From the UHGV virus genome UHGV-0140151: a stretch of DNA of 16,798 nucleotides, one strand, 5' to 3'. The notes below the pieces were generated by a model that was not told where the DNA came from, ran no database searches, and saw only the letters and a list, made by a program, of their open reading frames with translations. Every line of letters starts with the position of its first letter. Within the stretch, counting starts at the first letter, position 1. The translations under genes were made by a program, and so were the position numbers. This document shows positions 7,901-15,831 of this stretch, piece by piece. The DNA comes from a virus.

Positions 7901-9045
7901 TGGACACTGCCAGATGCGCTTATGTAATGGCATCTCCGACATTTTGTGACCGCAGCAGTGGCAGGTTTTCGAACTGGCGAACCATTGATCCAGTTTCAAC
8001 AGATGCACACCTTTCTCTGCTGCTTTGTATTCCAGTTTTGTGATGAATCCAGACCATCCAGCATCGCCTATCGCACGAGCCAGATGGTGATTTTTCGTCA
8101 TATTTGCCGTTTTCAATGTCTCGACAATTACCGCTTGGTTTTCGTCAACAATTGCACGAGAGAGCTTGTGTTGAAAATCAGCACGGGCATTCGTCACCCG
8201 TTCATGTAAGGCCGCAAGACGGATTCTGGCCTTTTTACGGTTCGCGCTTCCCTTTTGTTTACGGGATAGCGCTTTTTGTTTGCGTCGCAGATTACGGCTG
8301 GCATTGATGAGATGGCGGGGATTCGCAATTTTTGCTCCGTCAGACCTGATGGCGTAGTGCTCAAGCCCCATATCCAGGCCAGTAACTGTTGATATCAACG
8401 TGGGTTTTGCCGGAGCTTCCAGACCATCATCGCAAAGTAGCGACGCATAATATTTACCCGTTTCTGAACGGGTGATAGTAATGCTTTTCAGCTTTCCATG
8501 AAGTTCACGATGAAGGCGTGCTTCTATCGGGGCCAGTTTGGGGATTTTGATGGCATTATCCAGCACCTTAATCCCGACACAGTGGTAGCTCGATTGTTTT
8601 CCGTGTTTACGTTTAAACGTCGGGAACTGCGCTTTCAGCTTCGGATTAAAAAAGTTGGAAAATGCCACATCAAGATTGATTACCGCCTGTTGCAATGCCA
8701 TTGAGTCAAATTCTTTGAGCCAGGCATATTTACGGGACTTTTTGGCCACAGACAACAACGGTTTCAGATCGTTACGCGGACTTAAATTTACTCCGTGTCT
8801 CTGGTAAGCGTGTTTTTTGATGTGAAGAGCTTTATTGTACGCAAAGCGTACCGCGCCGAACTGGGCATTGAGATACTTTGCCTGTTCCGGTGTTGGATAG
8901 ATGCGTACTTTTGTTGCTCTTAACATAGTCACTGCTCATTGGTACAGGTTTTTATGCTAACACCGTAATAATATTTTTAAAGCCCTATGGGCTTTTCCGC
9001 CTTTCCTCCCCGCCCGCATTGGGCGAGGGTTCTCGGCGGTTTTTC
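7717..9045 (-). mobile_element. IS200/IS605-family insertion sequence carrying tnpB only (no tnpA)
   Basis: TnpB ORF flanked by subterminal imperfect palindromes (7726..7745 and 9006..9028, both ctccccgccc-N-gggcgagg). The left boundary is set by the point where identity with the 6118 copy begins; the right boundary is approximate. Confidence 0.7.
7757..8932 (-). CDS. tnpB: TnpB (IS200/IS605 OrfB-family, RNA-guided nuclease-type transposase accessory protein)
   Basis: 391-aa ORF with N-terminal MTMLRATKVRIYPTPEQ, RuvC-like motifs (GLDMGLEHYA; EYKAAEKG) and a C-terminal zinc finger (CHCCGHK...CPECG). Confidence 0.9.
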   Translation of the reverse strand: MTMLRATKVRIYPTPEQAKYLNAQFGAVRFAYNKALHIKKHAYQRHGVNLSPRNDLKPLLSVAKKSRKYAWLKEFDSMALQQAVINLDVAFSNFFNPKLKAQFPTFKRKHGKQSSYHCVGIKVLDNAIKIPKLAPIEARLHRELHGKLKSITITRSETGKYYASLLCDDGLEAPAKPTLISTVTGLDMGLEHYAIRSDGAKIANPRHLINASRNLRRKQKALSRKQKGSANRKKARIRLAALHERVTNARADFQHKLSRAIVDENQAVIVETLKTANMTKNHHLARAIGDAGWSGFITKLEYKAAEKGVHLLKLDQWFASSKTCHCCGHKMSEMPLHKRIWQCPECGVEHDRDINAALNIKRKGILELQAAGLVVSAHGGQRKSVTQTVAA

Positions 9046-9398
9046 GCTGAAACCCAGTTTACGGTCTGTTCTTTGGCCTGGTCGAGTGTCAAAAATTCAC
9101 CAATATATTGAGATATGCCTCTCAAAGCATCGATGAACTCCATTTGTGATGATTTAGTAAATGCACCACTAAGGAAGTCAACAACAATTTTAGGCGTTTC
9201 TTGTGCCGCCGGTTGCACTTCCTCTTCTTGCTGTTGCGCTGGATTATTCGATGAACCAAGCCCCAGCTTCATCATCACTTCAACGATCCGCACGCCAATA
9301 GTGACACGTTGTACCGCAGTCGCGCTTTTTTGCGCTGACATCAGCTCAGACAGTTCTTTGCCTAAGCTAAGGCGCTCCGTTACTGATATTTTCACCAC
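8985..9398 (-). CDS. hypothetical phage protein whose 3' end is encoded by the IS left-end hairpin (chimeric or truncated)
   Basis: 137-aa ORF overlapping the upstream gene by 7 nt. Its last 16 codons (REPSPNAGGEERRKSP) and stop are encoded by 8985..9035, which lies within the IS end. Confidence 0.5.
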   Translation of the reverse strand: MVKISVTERLSLGKELSELMSAQKSATAVQRVTIGVRIVEVMMKLGLGSSNNPAQQQEEEVQPAAQETPKIVVDFLSGAFTKSSQMEFIDALRGISQYIGEFLTLDQAKEQTVNWVSAKNRREPSPNAGGEERRKSP

Positions 9399-11356
9399 AC
9401 GCCCCCTTGTTGTATCTCTGCCAAAATGTTGATCAGGTGATCGGCTGCCGCACCAACAAGTGACTCGTTCTCATCATATCGACCTGCGTTGATAAGAACA
9501 TTAGCTGCCTCCTGAATGCGATCAAACTCCGCTCTAATCACCGTCAAATCACGGGACGTAAACTGCAACGGCACGGATTTCAGATATTCCAGCGCACTGT
9601 CCGCCTCCTGATCAGCCTCACTAACGACTGGCCCATCTGAACCTGTATCAGACTCTTGGGGGGATTCAGGTTCAGACTCAGGTACTGGTTCTGGTACTGG
9701 TTCTGGTACTGCTTCCGGTGCCTGATCTAATGTCTGTTCAGCTTCGACTACTTCTGATTGATTCTGAAGCGCGTCATAGATATCCATTATAAAAAGGTTC
9801 TCCCCATCTCCAAGTGGATAAGCGACGTTAGGAAATGCTTTGCGGAAGAGGATTTTTATCTGCGCCTTAAAGGTTTTCAAGTCGCTTCCAAACAGATCAA
9901 CATAGCCATCAATATGGTTCGACATACTGGACGCAACCAATTCGCCTGCAATCTCTTTCAATTCATCGTCACCAGGGAGATATAGCAACTCGTACTGACT
10001 GACTTCTTCGTCTGTCAGTTTGCGGTCATACGTAATGATTCCGTGACGAGCATATTCGTAATACGGATCAGCCTGATCAGGACGGTCAAGTACAGCTTTA
10101 TTTCCTTCAGGAACCGCACCAACACCCGCTGGGCGAGATTGGAGCGCATAGCGATATTTACCAACCTCCAGGGGATCAGGATGTGATTCTGGTTGTGGTT
10201 CCTGTTCAGGCTGCTGCTGATCAGTTGGCTCAGGCTGGCCCGGCAACACATCCACTTTGTATTGATCAGCATTATGTTCACGATAGGCTTTAAGTAATTT
10301 GGTTGCAGCATCCGCTGAACTCCCACCTTTAACAGCACTGACATCAATACTGAAATTGCCTTCTGGTGCCTCAATCGTGACAAAGCTATCACTGCCTGAC
10401 GTGACATACTTAACTACAGCACCATTATCCAGCGTTGTTTGGCCTTCTGTAGCAAGATTATGTTTTATGTGTCGCAGTTGATCATTGAAGGCACGCTCTT
10501 TAGTTCCTTGGCTCTTAGCTGACAATAAATTATCGCGTTTAGCCTGCAATTCCGCGTTAAGGGCTTTTTGTACGTCTAATTTATTCTGCATATCATTGAG
10601 TGTTGAGCGTTTCTCTGCCAGCCCCCGCTGTGCGTCTTCAACCTGCTCAATCAGCACAGAACGTTCTTCTGCCAGCTTGTCGGCTTCATTGAGATACCCC
10701 TCAATATCAGCCTTCATTTTGTCCTGGCGCTCCTTTGCTTTTTTGAATTTTGCACTATTACGCTCAATGAGGTTAGAAAGCGCCTGGCATACCTGGCTCA
10801 GAGATACATCACGCCCACCGATTGGCGCAACAACATGCGTAACGTTTCTTTTGTTAAGAAGAAACTGAAACGCAACCAGCTCGTCATCCCCTTTAATTCT
10901 TGTGCCGTCTGCGGTTGGAGAATGGAAAATTATGCTTGTCGTTTGCCCATCGGTTAGAGGTATTTGTGCTGTTACAACAGGGATATTTGCAACCCGGCGC
11001 ACGCGCCCAATGATTGCCCCACCGATACTATTACGTCCGTCTTCATATTCTCCTGCCTCATCCGTACCCGCAGCAATGTCAGTGCCATTCAGGCCGCGAT
11101 TAAGCGCCCGGACGAATGCTCGCATTGTTTGCGCTAACCGCAATTTTGTTGTGGTTATAGCTTCGAACATTGCCTCATTGGTAGTTACCAAAATTTCGTT
11201 GCCCATATAGGCCAGCTCGATATCTTCCAGCGTCGCAGGCTCGATAAGTAAATCATCCTCGGTGATATCTTCCGCCACCCAACGATTAGGCGTATATCCA
11301 GTGAGCGTATCTGCAAAAGTGGACTGGATATTTATTCGAATAGGTTTCTTTATCAT
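9392..11356 (-). CDS. large acidic phage protein with coiled-coil and Pro/Glu-rich repeats (possibly a virion internal or Dar-like protein)
   Basis: 654-aa ORF whose start overlaps the upstream stop (ATGA). Contains PEPVPEPVPESEPE and PEQEPQPE low-complexity segments and a central coiled-coil. A DarA-like role is a guess from the operon context (holin-like gene upstream). Confidence 0.6.
   Translation of the reverse strand: MIKKPIRINIQSTFADTLTGYTPNRWVAEDITEDDLLIEPATLEDIELAYMGNEILVTTNEAMFEAITTTKLRLAQTMRAFVRALNRGLNGTDIAAGTDEAGEYEDGRNSIGGAIIGRVRRVANIPVVTAQIPLTDGQTTSIIFHSPTADGTRIKGDDELVAFQFLLNKRNVTHVVAPIGGRDVSLSQVCQALSNLIERNSAKFKKAKERQDKMKADIEGYLNEADKLAEERSVLIEQVEDAQRGLAEKRSTLNDMQNKLDVQKALNAELQAKRDNLLSAKSQGTKERAFNDQLRHIKHNLATEGQTTLDNGAVVKYVTSGSDSFVTIEAPEGNFSIDVSAVKGGSSADAATKLLKAYREHNADQYKVDVLPGQPEPTDQQQPEQEPQPESHPDPLEVGKYRYALQSRPAGVGAVPEGNKAVLDRPDQADPYYEYARHGIITYDRKLTDEEVSQYELLYLPGDDELKEIAGELVASSMSNHIDGYVDLFGSDLKTFKAQIKILFRKAFPNVAYPLGDGENLFIMDIYDALQNQSEVVEAEQTLDQAPEAVPEPVPEPVPESEPESPQESDTGSDGPVVSEADQEADSALEYLKSVPLQFTSRDLTVIRAEFDRIQEAANVLINAGRYDENESLVGAAADHLINILAEIQQGGVW
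9680..9715. repeat. three tandem 12-bp units (ggtactggttct) inside the 654-aa gene
   Basis: Directly visible; encodes in-frame PEPV repeats on the minus strand. Confidence 0.85.
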
Positions 11357-11970
11357 GCATCTTCCTCCAGGCGCGCTATTTCTTCTTTCAATACGCGAGT
11401 TTTCGCCAGTTCCTGCGCCATCTCGGTTCTAATGATTTCAGTTTCTCTTGTTGCGCGGTCTGAATTACCTTGCACCTGATTTAATTTTTCTTTGGCCCTT
11501 TCAATATCCTCGCGGATCGCATCGCGAGATTCCTTTGCCTCTGCTAGTTTCTGCGCATTGGACTTAACGCCTTTTATTTTCTTATTCCCATCATCAATAT
11601 CTTTCGCCGCACGAGCTAACTTACGCGCCAATGATTTCTGAAATGATGATGCGCCTTTATTAAATAAAGCAGCCAGTGATTGCCCTAAAGCCGTCAGCGT
11701 TTTAACAGGCTTGAAAGGAACAATTTTTCCGTTCAGTTTTACACCAGAAATATCACCAGTATCATTAACCTGAACGTCCATCGTCTGCTCATCGATTCCG
11801 ATAAGGGTAAACGTGCGCGTCATGATCCCGTCTTTCTTCCTGCCATTACTTGCAGGGATCACCCTCGCTATCTTGTAGCCTCCTTTACCGATTTCTTTGA
11901 CGAGTTTTGCCAGCCCCTTTTCGTTTAACTCATCATAATTAAGAAGAACATAATTAGACTTATTTGACAT
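11353..11970 (-). CDS. hypothetical coiled-coil phage protein
   Basis: ORF track gives 11353..11994; start at ATG 11970 is preferred (AGGAG 7 nt upstream). C-terminal half is strongly charged coiled-coil. Confidence 0.55.
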   Translation of the reverse strand: MSNKSNYVLLNYDELNEKGLAKLVKEIGKGGYKIARVIPASNGRKKDGIMTRTFTLIGIDEQTMDVQVNDTGDISGVKLNGKIVPFKPVKTLTALGQSLAALFNKGASSFQKSLARKLARAAKDIDDGNKKIKGVKSNAQKLAEAKESRDAIREDIERAKEKLNQVQGNSDRATRETEIIRTEMAQELAKTRVLKEEIARLEEDA

Positions 11971-12406
11971 TCCAGTCTCCTTCACACTTTTCAATCATAA
12001 ACTGGCGTTCTATGCAGTCATTGATAGGGAAAATGCGATAAAGCGGATTCAGGCGGCAATTACCGTTAGTCAATGTGACCTTTAGATCCCACTTCGCTGG
12101 CTCAAGATATTTCGTGTCGATGAGCAAATATTCTTCTCTCTCACCGCGTTTTGATGCGTCAACTGGTCTTGTTTTCCCCGAAATAACCACAGATGGATTT
12201 TTCAAGTCCTGCAACCAATATTCGATTTGTGCATTGCTTACCCAGCTTCGCTTAACGCGAAGCGACACAGGAAACGCTATAGCAGACTCTTTCACTACAG
12301 CTTCGCCAATGCTCAAAATATCAACGCTCTTGCGACGAAATAAGAAACGGTCAATAACGGCAACAAATGCCATGATAAAAATGAAATAATTTCCAAAGTC
12401 ACCCAT
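11960..12406 (-). CDS. hypothetical protein with an N-terminal transmembrane helix (antiholin- or spanin-like by position)
   Basis: 148-aa ORF with hydrophobic N-terminus (YFIFIMAFVAVIDRFLF); start overlaps the stop of the holin-like gene (TAATG). Confidence 0.5.
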   Translation of the reverse strand: MGDFGNYFIFIMAFVAVIDRFLFRRKSVDILSIGEAVVKESAIAFPVSLRVKRSWVSNAQIEYWLQDLKNPSVVISGKTRPVDASKRGEREEYLLIDTKYLEPAKWDLKVTLTNGNCRLNPLYRIFPINDCIERQFMIEKCEGDWNVK

Positions 12407-12732
12407 TACTTCTCTCCACCTTTTCCCCCACTCGCTATTACGCTTAAGAGATTCAAGACGTTACTAGCTCTGGACTTCAAGCCCTGTAAAATTTCACTTC
12501 CGTTGTTACTTGCAATCAGAACAACGCAGTAAATGATGCCTTCCGGCCATTCATAGCTATCAGCCACCCAAAACCCCGCAAGCCCGGCAGTTACCGCAGT
12601 AAACAATTCACTCGCGAGGTTGAGCAGTGACGCAGAAATGCGCCCGTCTCTAACTCCGAGAAGGAATACGCCGGTTCCACTCAGCAGGGATGTTATGACT
12701 GCTACAGCCAGATTTTCATAATCTGCAAACAT
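12406..12732 (-). CDS. putative holin (three predicted transmembrane segments, charged C-terminus)
   Basis: 108-aa ORF with GGAGG Shine-Dalgarno. Hydrophobic segments LAVAVITSLLSGTGVFLLGV, LLNLASELFTAVTAGLAGFWV and GIIYCVVLIASNN; C-terminal GGKGGEK. Confidence 0.55.
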   Translation of the reverse strand: MFADYENLAVAVITSLLSGTGVFLLGVRDGRISASLLNLASELFTAVTAGLAGFWVADSYEWPEGIIYCVVLIASNNGSEILQGLKSRASNVLNLLSVIASGGKGGEK

Positions 12733-12835
12733 ACCCCTCCAGAAATGACGTTTAACGCGGTTTCAACTTATCCAGTTTGTTATTTCCTTACAGGACATCT
12801 TCTAGAATCGTATCCTTAGCATACAAGGGTGACAT

Positions 12836-13020
12836 ATGCTTATTGGATACATTCGCATATCAACAAATGACCAAAACACCGCTTTGCAACGCTCCCCCTG
12901 AAAGCGCAGGATGTGAGCTAATTTTTGAGGGCAAAGCGAGTGGCAAAAAGGCTGAATGCCAAGGGTTAAAAAAGGTTCTGCGTATGTTTTCCAGAGATGA
13001 AGAATTGGTCGTATAGCAGT
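12836..13020 (+). pseudogene. remnant of a second serine DNA invertase gene (frameshifted N-terminal fragment)
   Basis: ATG at 12836 with upstream AAGGGTGA encodes MLIGYIRISTNDQNTALQRSP then a stop. A shifted frame continues AGCELIFEGKASGKK...LVV. Nucleotide-level similarity to the 5' part of the intact invertase, in opposite orientation. Confidence 0.6.
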
Positions 13021-13268
13021 TAGAGCGGCTTGAGGGCAATTTAGTTGTGCTGCTGTAATCGCTGCGTGCCAGATGAATAAACCTTCTAAATCCCACTAAT
13101 TCTATCGGCATCTGTACACCAATGCAGCGCTCACGATGCAATTAAGATCAACATTACAAGGATAGTTTTCATTAGTGGTCGGTCCGACACAAGATGCATC
13201 GAATTGATGCGCCGCGCGATACGTGTATCTATTCCCTCGAGATAAATTACATCGACGCGGCATTTGTA

Positions 13269-13841
13269 TTACAACTCAGTTTGAGTTTGGCGCTTCTCTA
13301 CAGGGTGATAACGATAAATCGTCGATACACCGATATCGTAAATAATTGCCAACTGTTTCCTGCTGTAGCCATTTTCGATCAACCTCGCTATTTGCTCATG
13401 TTGTTCTTTTGTCAACTTCGGGCGACGTCCGCCAATGCGTCCCTGTTCGCGTGCAGCTGCCAGTCCGGCCAGGGTTCTCTCAACAATTAATTCACGTTCC
13501 ATTTCTGCCAAAGCCCCCATGACGTGAAAAAAGAAACGCCCCATGGGTGTTGAGGTGTCAATGCTGTCTGTCAGACTACGGAAATTAACACCTTTTTCCC
13601 GCAGCTCCTCAATAAGCGTGATCAGGTGTTTCATACTTCTGCCGAGCCTGTCCAGCTTCCAGACAACCAGCGTATCTCCTTCTGATAACGTTCTGAGCAG
13701 CTTTTTCAATCCTGGTCTGGCTGACTTTGTTCCGCTGATTTTATCTTCAAAAATTAGTTCACATCCTGCGCAGTTCAGTGCATTTCTTTGTAAATCTGTG
13801 TTTTGGTCATTTGTTGACACACGAATGTAGCCAATTTGCAT
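13269..13841 (-). CDS. serine DNA invertase (Gin/Cin/Pin/Hin/Min family)
   Basis: ORF track gives 13269..13850; ATG 13841 is preferred (GAGG 9 nt upstream), giving MQIGYIRVSTNDQNTDLQRNAL... Catalytic-serine motif (VSTNDQ), central WKLDRLGRS and C-terminal HTH are typical of Pin/Cin. Confidence 0.9.
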   Translation of the reverse strand: MQIGYIRVSTNDQNTDLQRNALNCAGCELIFEDKISGTKSARPGLKKLLRTLSEGDTLVVWKLDRLGRSMKHLITLIEELREKGVNFRSLTDSIDTSTPMGRFFFHVMGALAEMERELIVERTLAGLAAAREQGRIGGRRPKLTKEQHEQIARLIENGYSRKQLAIIYDIGVSTIYRYHPVEKRQTQTEL

Positions 13842-13894
13842 GAAAAACATCCTCTTGTTTAGTTAAAAATACATAGTTGGTATAGGTAGGGATT

Positions 13895-13920
13895 AAGACT
13901 AAAACGTTGGTTTGGGGGAA
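13895..13920 (+). other. putative invertase crossover site 1 (gix/hix-like)
   Basis: aagactaaaacgTTggtttgggggaa; core AAAACG-TT-GGTTT resembles hix/gix (AAAACC-AA-GGTTT). About 50 bp from the invertase start, at the 5' edge of cassette 1. Confidence 0.45.
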
Positions 13921-14373
13921 GGCTCAGCATTGCCCGTTGGCGTGCCCGTTCCGTGGCCCTTAGAAACACCACCAACGGGCTGGCTGAAATGCAATGGTGC
14001 AGCATTTTCTTCTGAAAAGTACCCAAAACTGGCAAAGGCTTACCCGACAAATAAATTGCCTGATTTACGCGGTGAATTTATTCGTGGCTGGGATGATGGG
14101 CGTGGTGTGGATGCCGGGCGACAATTATTATCTTCACAGGGGGATGCAATAAGAAATATTGAGGGGTTCGCAGATGGCGGGATCGGCATGTCTTTTGATG
14201 CAATCAGAGGGGCTTTTTATGATGCAGGAACACGATCTGCGAGAATGCCGAATAACACAACTGATATAGGCAAAACCGATGACCTTGGATTCGACGCCTC
14301 TCGTGTCGTGCCAACAGCTAATGAAAACCGTCCTCGTAATATTGCCTTTAATTATATCGTAAGGGCGGCATAA
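13912..14373 (+). CDS. tail-fibre C-terminal variable cassette 1 (promoterless, silent orientation)
   Basis: Collar-type motif (PVPWP...TGWLKCNGAAFS...YP..LAKAYPTNKLPDLRGEFIRGWDDGRG), unique middle, shared ending RPRNIAFNYIVRAA. No ATG; the frame is open upstream through the crossover site. Confidence 0.7.
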   Translation: MGEGSALPVGVPVPWPLETPPTGWLKCNGAAFSSEKYPKLAKAYPTNKLPDLRGEFIRGWDDGRGVDAGRQLLSSQGDAIRNIEGFADGGIGMSFDAIRGAFYDAGTRSARMPNNTTDIGKTDDLGFDASRVVPTANENRPRNIAFNYIVRAA

Positions 14374-14392
14374 AAACGTTGGTTTGGGGGAA
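14367..14392 (+). other. putative invertase crossover site 2
   Basis: ggcataaaaacgTTggtttgggggaa; same core as site 1; overlaps the stop of cassette 1. Confidence 0.45.
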
Positions 14393-14890
14393 GGCTCTGC
14401 GCTGCCCGTTGGTGTACCTGTTCCATGGCCATCAGCCACACCGCCAACGGGGTGGCTGAAATGTAACGGAGCAGCATTTTCTTCTGAAAAGTACCCAAAT
14501 CTGGCAAAGGTTTACCCCACCAATAAATTGCCGGATCTACGGGGCGAATTTATTCGTGGCTGGGATGACGGACGTGGTATGGATACGGGGAGGGCAATAT
14601 TATCCGCTCAGGGCGATGCCATACGTAATATCTATGGTGAGTTCAAGACTGTAAACACCGAAAATTATTCAATATGGGAATCAGTAGGCTCGTTTAAGGG
14701 GGCAGTAGTGCCTTTGAGCCCCTCAACGAACAATAGTTATTTCTCCTTAGTCAGAAGTATGGTGACAGAAAGAACAGATGGCGCTGTTTACCCAAAAGTG
14801 ATTGGCCTTGATGCTTCAAGAATTGTTCCAACTGCAAACGAAAACCGTCCTCGTAACATTGCGTTTAATTACATCGTAAGAGCCGCATGA
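14384..14890 (+). CDS. tail-fibre C-terminal variable cassette 2 (silent)
   Basis: Same conserved 5' collar-type segment and 3' RPRNIAFNYIVRAA as cassette 1, with a different middle (...EFKTVNTENYSIWESVGSFKG...). Confidence 0.7.
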   Translation: MGEGSALPVGVPVPWPSATPPTGWLKCNGAAFSSEKYPNLAKVYPTNKLPDLRGEFIRGWDDGRGMDTGRAILSAQGDAIRNIYGEFKTVNTENYSIWESVGSFKGAVVPLSPSTNNSYFSLVRSMVTERTDGAVYPKVIGLDASRIVPTANENRPRNIAFNYIVRAA

Positions 14891-14909
14891 AAACGTTGGT
14901 TTGGGGGAA
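14884..14909 (+). other. putative invertase crossover site 3
   Basis: cgcatgaaaacgTTggtttgggggaa; same core as sites 1 and 2. Confidence 0.45.
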
Positions 14910-15362
14910 GGCTCTGCGCTGCCCGTTGGTGTACCTGTTCCGTGGCCCTCAGCCACACCACCAACGGGCTGGCTAAAATGTAACGGTGCGGCATTTTCTG
15001 CTGAAGAATACCCGGAATTGGCAAAGGCTTATCCGACAAATAAATTGCCTGATTTACGTGGTGAGTTTATGCGTGGCTGGGATGATGGAAGAGGCGTTGA
15101 TAGTGGCAGGGAGATTCTCACTGCGCAATCTCATGGTATGCCGTCTATTTCAGGAACGTTTAATGGTCTTTTTGCTGTTAAACAAACAAATGGTTTAGGT
15201 GGTGTTTCTGTAGTAAAAAGTAAAAATGCTGAAACTTTATCTACTTCATCTGGATCAGGTTCCGTGTTTGATTACACGTTTAATGTCAGCGGCTCGACTC
15301 CGGTATCACCAGAACTTCGTCCGCGTAATATTGCATTTAATTACATCGTAAGAGCGGCATAG
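14901..15362 (+). CDS. tail-fibre C-terminal variable cassette 3 (silent)
   Basis: Conserved ends as in cassettes 1 and 2; Gly/Ser-rich unique middle. Confidence 0.7.
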   Translation: MGEGSALPVGVPVPWPSATPPTGWLKCNGAAFSAEEYPELAKAYPTNKLPDLRGEFMRGWDDGRGVDSGREILTAQSHGMPSISGTFNGLFAVKQTNGLGGVSVVKSKNAETLSTSSGSGSVFDYTFNVSGSTPVSPELRPRNIAFNYIVRAA

Positions 15363-15381
15363 AAACGTTGGTTTAGGGGAA
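15356..15381 (+). other. putative invertase crossover site 4
   Basis: gcatagaaacgTTggtttaggggaag; same central AAACGTTGGTTT. Confidence 0.4.
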
Positions 15382-15402
15382 GGTTCGGCGCTGCCCGTTG
15401 GC

Positions 15403-15831
15403 GTGCCCGTTCCATGGCCCTCAGCCACACCGCCAACGGGGTGGCTAAAATGTAACGGAGCAGCATTTTCTTCTGAAAAGTACCCCAAGCTGGCAAAGGT
15501 TTACCCAACGTTAAAATTACCTGATTTACGCGGTGAGTTTATCCGTGGTTGGGATGATGGGCGAGGTGTGGATGCGGGAAGGGGCATCTTAAGCATACAG
15601 GGGTGGTTAACAGGAAGTCATTATCATAATATTCGGTCATGGGACGCGTGGGATAACACGGTATTGGTGCCAAATGACAGAGGGGGGGATAGTCTGTTGT
15701 CGACAGATAACGCCGTCCGAGAAGGAGCGATTAATGGTAAATTTACCAGTCAATACAGAACGGAGTTATCTGGGGGGGATGAAACCCGCCCACGTAACAT
15801 TGCCTTCAATTATATTGTGAGAGCAGCATAA
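15403..15831 (+). CDS. tail-fibre C-terminal variable cassette 4 (silent), translationally coupled to tfa
   Basis: Frame is open from site 4 (about 15361). Unique middle with HYH (GSHYHNIRSWD). Stop TAA overlaps the tfa ATG (TAATG). Confidence 0.7.
   Translation: MPVPWPSATPPTGWLKCNGAAFSSEKYPKLAKVYPTLKLPDLRGEFIRGWDDGRGVDAGRGILSIQGWLTGSHYHNIRSWDAWDNTVLVPNDRGGDSLLSTDNAVREGAINGKFTSQYRTELSGGDETRPRNIAFNYIVRAA

Noticed and set aside
7946-8704. Plus-strand ORFs antisense to tnpB (7946..8209, 8104..8307, 8498..8704)
   Set aside because: Antisense shadows of a strongly supported TnpB ORF.
8997-9045. Possible plus-strand terminator (ccgcc...ggcgg followed by ttttt)
   Set aside because: No plus-strand gene ends here; the structure is better explained as the IS left-end hairpin.
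9115-11210. Plus-strand ORFs antisense to the 137-aa and 654-aa genes (9115..9432, 9758..9985, 10299..10481, 10485..10868, 10902..11210) and minus ORF 10015..10407
   Set aside because: Ser/Cys/Arg-rich shadow translations; the 654-aa ORF is continuous and translationally coupled to its neighbours.
12075-12389. 104-aa plus-strand ORF
   Set aside because: Antisense to the 148-aa gene.
12777-13141. ORFs 12777..13016 (+) and 12860..13141 (-)
   Set aside because: Not independent genes; the plus ORF is a shifted frame of the invertase remnant and the minus ORF is its antisense shadow.
13194-13830. Plus-strand ORFs antisense to the intact invertase (13194..13490, 13543..13830)
   Set aside because: Shadows of a well-supported invertase ORF.
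13859-15488. Short ORFs within or antisense to the cassette array (13859..14050, 14134..14439, 14986..15198, 15306..15488)
   Set aside because: The repeated tail-fibre cassettes explain this DNA; these are antisense or alternative-frame artefacts that recur because the underlying sequence is repeated.
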